This document shows positions 60,920 to 64,000 of a DNA stretch of 64,000 nucleotides, one piece after another (within the stretch, counting starts at the first letter, position 1; each line of letters begins with the position of its first letter). The DNA is from an uncultured Chromatiales bacterium. Its GTDB lineage: Bacteria; Pseudomonadota; Gammaproteobacteria; SZUA-140. Where the stretch lies: the NCBI GenBank assembly GCA_964384095.1, contig CAYLKC010000001.1:1106-65105 (forward strand), in the 5' to 3' direction. Below the pieces are notes generated by a model. The model searched no databases. It was not told the origin of the DNA and saw only the letters and a list, made by a program, of their open reading frames with translations. The translations under genes and the position numbers were made by a program.

Positions 60920-61096
60920 ATGTCGGAGATCAGGGATATCAAGCCCGCCGAGCCGATGTGGCCGCGGCGGCCGGTGGAAAAGACCGGACAGGATGACGGC
61001 CGCCCGCCGTCGCGCCGGGAGCGCAGGCGCAGGGAGCGGCGCGATGATGCGCGTGAGGATGACCATCGCGGGCGCAACATCGATGAATATGCGTAA
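60920..61096 (+). CDS. possible small highly charged ORF (58 aa, Arg/Glu/Asp-rich); may be non-coding
   Basis: MSEIRDIKPAEPMWPRRPVEKTGQDDGRPPSRRERRRRERRDDAREDDHRGRNIDEYA; below the ORF-track size cutoff. Confidence 0.2.
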   Translation: MSEIRDIKPAEPMWPRRPVEKTGQDDGRPPSRRERRRRERRDDAREDDHRGRNIDEYA

Positions 61097-61117
61097 GCTG
61101 AGTCACAGGGGAGACAC

Positions 61118-61561
61118 GTGATGACGATCGGAATACCGGTGATCCTGTCCGCGGCGGCATTCCTGCTGCTGCTCGCCGCGGTCCTGCACCAGGGGCGGTG
61201 GATCAGGCAGGCGCGCACGAGAGAGCAGGCCCTGCAGGCCGCCGTCGAGGCGCTCGGGCGCGACCTGTCGGCATTGCAGCACGATTTCGGCGCGCTGTGC
61301 TCCGGCGCCAATGGCATCGGCAGTCACCTGAGCCGGGTCGATCGTCAGTTGATGCGCATCCATGAGCGCCAGGAACAGTACGAGCGCCGGGACGGCGTCC
61401 ATCGCGAGTACGAACAGGCCGCGCGGCTGATTCGCGGCGGCGCGGGCATCGACGACGTCATGCAGCAATGCAATCTGACGCGCGCGGAGGCCGATCTGCT
61501 CGCGCGGCTGCACCTGCCGTCCCGCGGCGGCCGCGACGGAACCATGCGCTCGGTCGCGTGA
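61118..61561 (+). CDS. DUF2802-like membrane-anchored protein (flagellar-locus associated)
   Basis: N-terminal TM helix, coiled-coil, C-terminal ...DDVMQQCNLTRAEADLLARLH; the same family ends the motCD cluster in Pseudomonas. Confidence 0.5.
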   Translation: MMTIGIPVILSAAAFLLLLAAVLHQGRWIRQARTREQALQAAVEALGRDLSALQHDFGALCSGANGIGSHLSRVDRQLMRIHERQEQYERRDGVHREYEQAARLIRGGAGIDDVMQQCNLTRAEADLLARLHLPSRGGRDGTMRSVA

Positions 61562-61571
61562 TCGCGACGGA

Positions 61572-63410
61572 TCAGGCTTGCGGGATCGCGGCGAGCGGTT
61601 TGCCGATGAAGTTGCCCTGCGCGTAATCGACGCCGTATTCCCTGAGCAGCGCCAGCGTCTCCGCGTTTTCGACGAATTCCGCGACGATCATCTTGCCGAG
61701 CGCGCGGCCGACCTCGATCATCGACCTGACCAGGCGCTGGTCGATCGGGTCGTTCAGCAGGTTGTTGATGAAGCTGCCGTCGATCTTCAGATAATCGACC
61801 GGAAACTGCTTGAGATAGTTGAACGAGCTGAAGCCGGTGCCGAAGTCGTCGAGCGCGAAGCGGCATCCGAACGCGCGCAGGCGGAGGATCATCTCCCGGG
61901 TCTGTTCGTAGTTCTCGACCGCGGCAGTCTCGGTGATCTCGAAGGTGATGCGTGCGGGATTGACTCCGGAGCCGGCCAGCCGGTCGCTCACCAGCGTCAG
62001 CAATGCCGGATTGCGGAAGGCGTAGATCGAGAGGTTGACGTTGATATCGACATCGCTGGTGGGGCCGAGGTCACGCAGCCGGTCGAAGGCGTGGCCGACG
62101 GACCACAGGTCGATGTCGTGGATCAAACCCATGCGCTCGGCCACCGGGATGAATTGATCCGGGCCGATCAGATTGCCGGCGCCATCGACCATGCGAATCA
62201 GGGCCTCGTAGCCGACCACCTGGCCCCCGGCCAGTTCGATGACCGGCTGAAACAGCATGCGGAAGCCGTTGCCGGCCAGTGCCTCGCGAATCCGCGGCAC
62301 CCAGTCCGCGGCGTCGTGGAGCAGGCTGTGCTGCAGATCCTGTTCGCTGAAGCCGTGCACCAGGTTCCGGCCGCGGGACTTGGCCTCGAAGCAGGCCTGC
62401 GCCGAGCGCGCCAGCGCCTCGCTGGCAGAGAGGCCGGATTCCGGCGGTATCCACAGCACACCGAGGCTGGCGCTTACCTGGTACTCGCGATCCTCGGTGC
62501 GGAAGCGGAAGGCGTCGATCTGCCTGCGCATCGCCTCGGCGATGTCCATCGCCGCAGACTCATCGGCATCGCTGACCAGCACCGCATATTCATCGGAGCT
62601 GATGCGCGCGAGCAGGTGTCCCGGTTGCAGCTGTGCGCGCAGGATGTTGGCGACATTCATCAGCAGCCGGTCGCCGGCGGCATGACCTTCCAGGTCGTTG
62701 ATGATCTTGAACTGGTCGAGGTCGATGTAGATCAGCGCCGCCATCCTCCCGGCCGTGCGCAGGACCGGCAGCGTGGATTCGAGCATTTGTTCGAGCCGCC
62801 TGCGGTTCGGCAGCCCGGTCAGGTCGTCGTGAGAGACCAGGTAATGCAGGCGCGCCTCCATGACCTTGCGTTCTGCCAGTTCGGCCTCGAGTTCATCTTC
62901 ATGACGCCGGCGCGCATCGCGCTCGCGCTTGAGCAGCAGCGCGGAGATTACGCGCGGGACCAGCTCATAGCCGTGTACCGGCCGGAACAGCAGGTCCGTC
63001 GCGCCCGCTTCGAGGGCCTCGGCGAGGATCCCGTCCTGCCAGCCTGCGCGAGTGCAGATCGCGATAATCGGGATCTCGCGCCAGGCCCGGCGCGCGTGGA
63101 TCTCGCGACACAGGCGGTAGCCGCCGAGGTCGGCCGCGTTGACGTCGAGCAGGATCAGGTCGATGCCATCGCCCTCGCGGCCGCCATGACGCTCAAGCAG
63201 GTCGAGTGCGGTGCGTTTGTCCTGGCCGATATGGATGCGCGTGAAACCGCCGGTCTCGAGCATCGATGCCAGCGAGGTGCTGCCGGCAGGCGCCTCGTCG
63301 AGTACGAGTATGCCCATGCGGCGCAGGTCGTCGATCCGCACGCCCACCGGGGCGGATTGCGGGGCATCGGGGTGACGCCGTTCGGGGTCAGGTGTGCGGG
63401 TGGCGGCCAT
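61572..63410 (-). CDS. response regulator REC - degenerate GGDEF (SSDEY) - EAL c-di-GMP phosphodiesterase
   Basis: REC (ILVLDEAP ... LLDVNA), GGDEF domain with RISSDEYAV instead of GG[DE]EF, EAL domain with EALIR, N, EITE, DDFGTG, KID, QG catalytic motifs; alternative start at MGILVL (63317). Confidence 0.85.
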   Translation of the reverse strand: MAATRTPDPERRHPDAPQSAPVGVRIDDLRRMGILVLDEAPAGSTSLASMLETGGFTRIHIGQDKRTALDLLERHGGREGDGIDLILLDVNAADLGGYRLCREIHARRAWREIPIIAICTRAGWQDGILAEALEAGATDLLFRPVHGYELVPRVISALLLKRERDARRRHEDELEAELAERKVMEARLHYLVSHDDLTGLPNRRRLEQMLESTLPVLRTAGRMAALIYIDLDQFKIINDLEGHAAGDRLLMNVANILRAQLQPGHLLARISSDEYAVLVSDADESAAMDIAEAMRRQIDAFRFRTEDREYQVSASLGVLWIPPESGLSASEALARSAQACFEAKSRGRNLVHGFSEQDLQHSLLHDAADWVPRIREALAGNGFRMLFQPVIELAGGQVVGYEALIRMVDGAGNLIGPDQFIPVAERMGLIHDIDLWSVGHAFDRLRDLGPTSDVDINVNLSIYAFRNPALLTLVSDRLAGSGVNPARITFEITETAAVENYEQTREMILRLRAFGCRFALDDFGTGFSSFNYLKQFPVDYLKIDGSFINNLLNDPIDQRLVRSMIEVGRALGKMIVAEFVENAETLALLREYGVDYAQGNFIGKPLAAIPQA

Positions 63411-63615
63411 CTGGCGTGAGGTCGTCTGCGGGAAAATCCGGTTTTCTGATTATTGTTGGCATCGGTCCTGCATATATATGGTATGTGACCGTCATGCGTG
63501 GATCCGCGGGGCGGATGGCAACACCCGATGAACCCTGAGACGCATTATATGCCATTTGCCAGGCACAAGTGCAGAGACCGCCGACGCTGGTTCGCGCGTC
63601 GTGGCGATGTCATGT

Positions 63616-64000
63616 CATGACCTCCGTCCCGGCCACTCCATCCACCCACTGGTACACCCGGCGTGGCAGCGTCGTGCAAGGGCCGTTTCCAGCCGGCTTG
63701 ATCCGTCGCTATGTCATCCTCGGGCGCATACGCGCCGACGATGAACTGAGCCGTGACCTCGAGACCTGGTCGCCGCTCGCTGAACTGCCCGAACTGATCC
63801 CGGATTTCGTCCAGGCAGCGGAGCAAGACCCGCGCATGCAACGACGGCTGATCGCAGCAAGGCGCTGGGAAGACGAGCGCCGTCACCAGGAGCGCCGCGG
63901 CGACAGCGAAGACCTCCAGGAAGACCGGCGGCGCCGGGAGAGCGACCGTCGCAGCGCGGCCGGGGGCGCAGCGCATCGACGGACGGCCACGGGCGGCGAT
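63616..64000 (+). CDS. 5' part of a gene continuing beyond the window; N-terminal DUF4339/GYF-like domain, then an Arg/Glu-rich region
   Basis: MTSVPATPSTHWYTRRGSVVQGPFPAGLIRRYVILGRIRADDELSRDLETWSPLAELPELIP; no stop before the window end. Confidence 0.4.

Noticed and set aside
60825-61121. 98-aa plus-strand ORF downstream of motB
   Set aside because: Extremely Arg/Gly-rich low-complexity translation with no RBS; the intergenic region more likely holds at most the small 60920-61096 ORF, or nothing.
61578-63419. 613-aa plus-strand ORF
   Set aside because: Mirror image of the REC-GGDEF-EAL gene on the minus strand, which carries all domain motifs.
63545-63976. 143-aa minus-strand ORF at the window end
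   Set aside because: The plus-strand frame from 63616 encodes a recognisable DUF4339/GYF-like N-terminus; the minus ORF has no features.

Overview
High-GC (~65%) chromosomal window, most likely from a gammaproteobacterium with a Pseudomonas/Vibrio-type polar flagellum. Positions ~18.6-61.6 kb hold an almost complete flagellar regulon in Pseudomonas-like order: flgN-flgM-flgA (minus strand) | flgBCDEFGHIJKL | fliC-flaG-fliD-fliS-fliT | fleQ-fleS-fleR | fliEFGHIJ | fliKLMNOPQR-flhB | flhA-flhF-fleN-fliA | motAB. Six sigma-54 (-24/-12) promoters, one strong sigma-28 promoter (fliC) and intrinsic terminators flanking fliC are readable directly in the sequence. A REC-GGDEF(degenerate)-EAL gene lies at the 3' edge. 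The first 18 kb is accessory metabolism: NUDIX hydrolase, L,D-transpeptidase, a tightly coupled uncharacterised operon (M42-like peptidase / papain-like peptidase / RimK-like ATP-grasp / GCS2 carboxylate-amine ligase / formylglutamate-amidohydrolase-like / membrane protein), the NAGGN osmoprotectant operon (asnO-ngg-M42 peptidase), sthA, a TraB/GumN protein, a beta-propeller + PAPS-type sulfotransferase pair and tRNA-Ala(CGC). No transposase, integrase, CRISPR array or rRNA was seen. The many long antisense ORFs are high-GC artefacts. Coordinates I derived myself (starts moved off the ORF track, promoters, hairpins) may be off by 1-2 nt.
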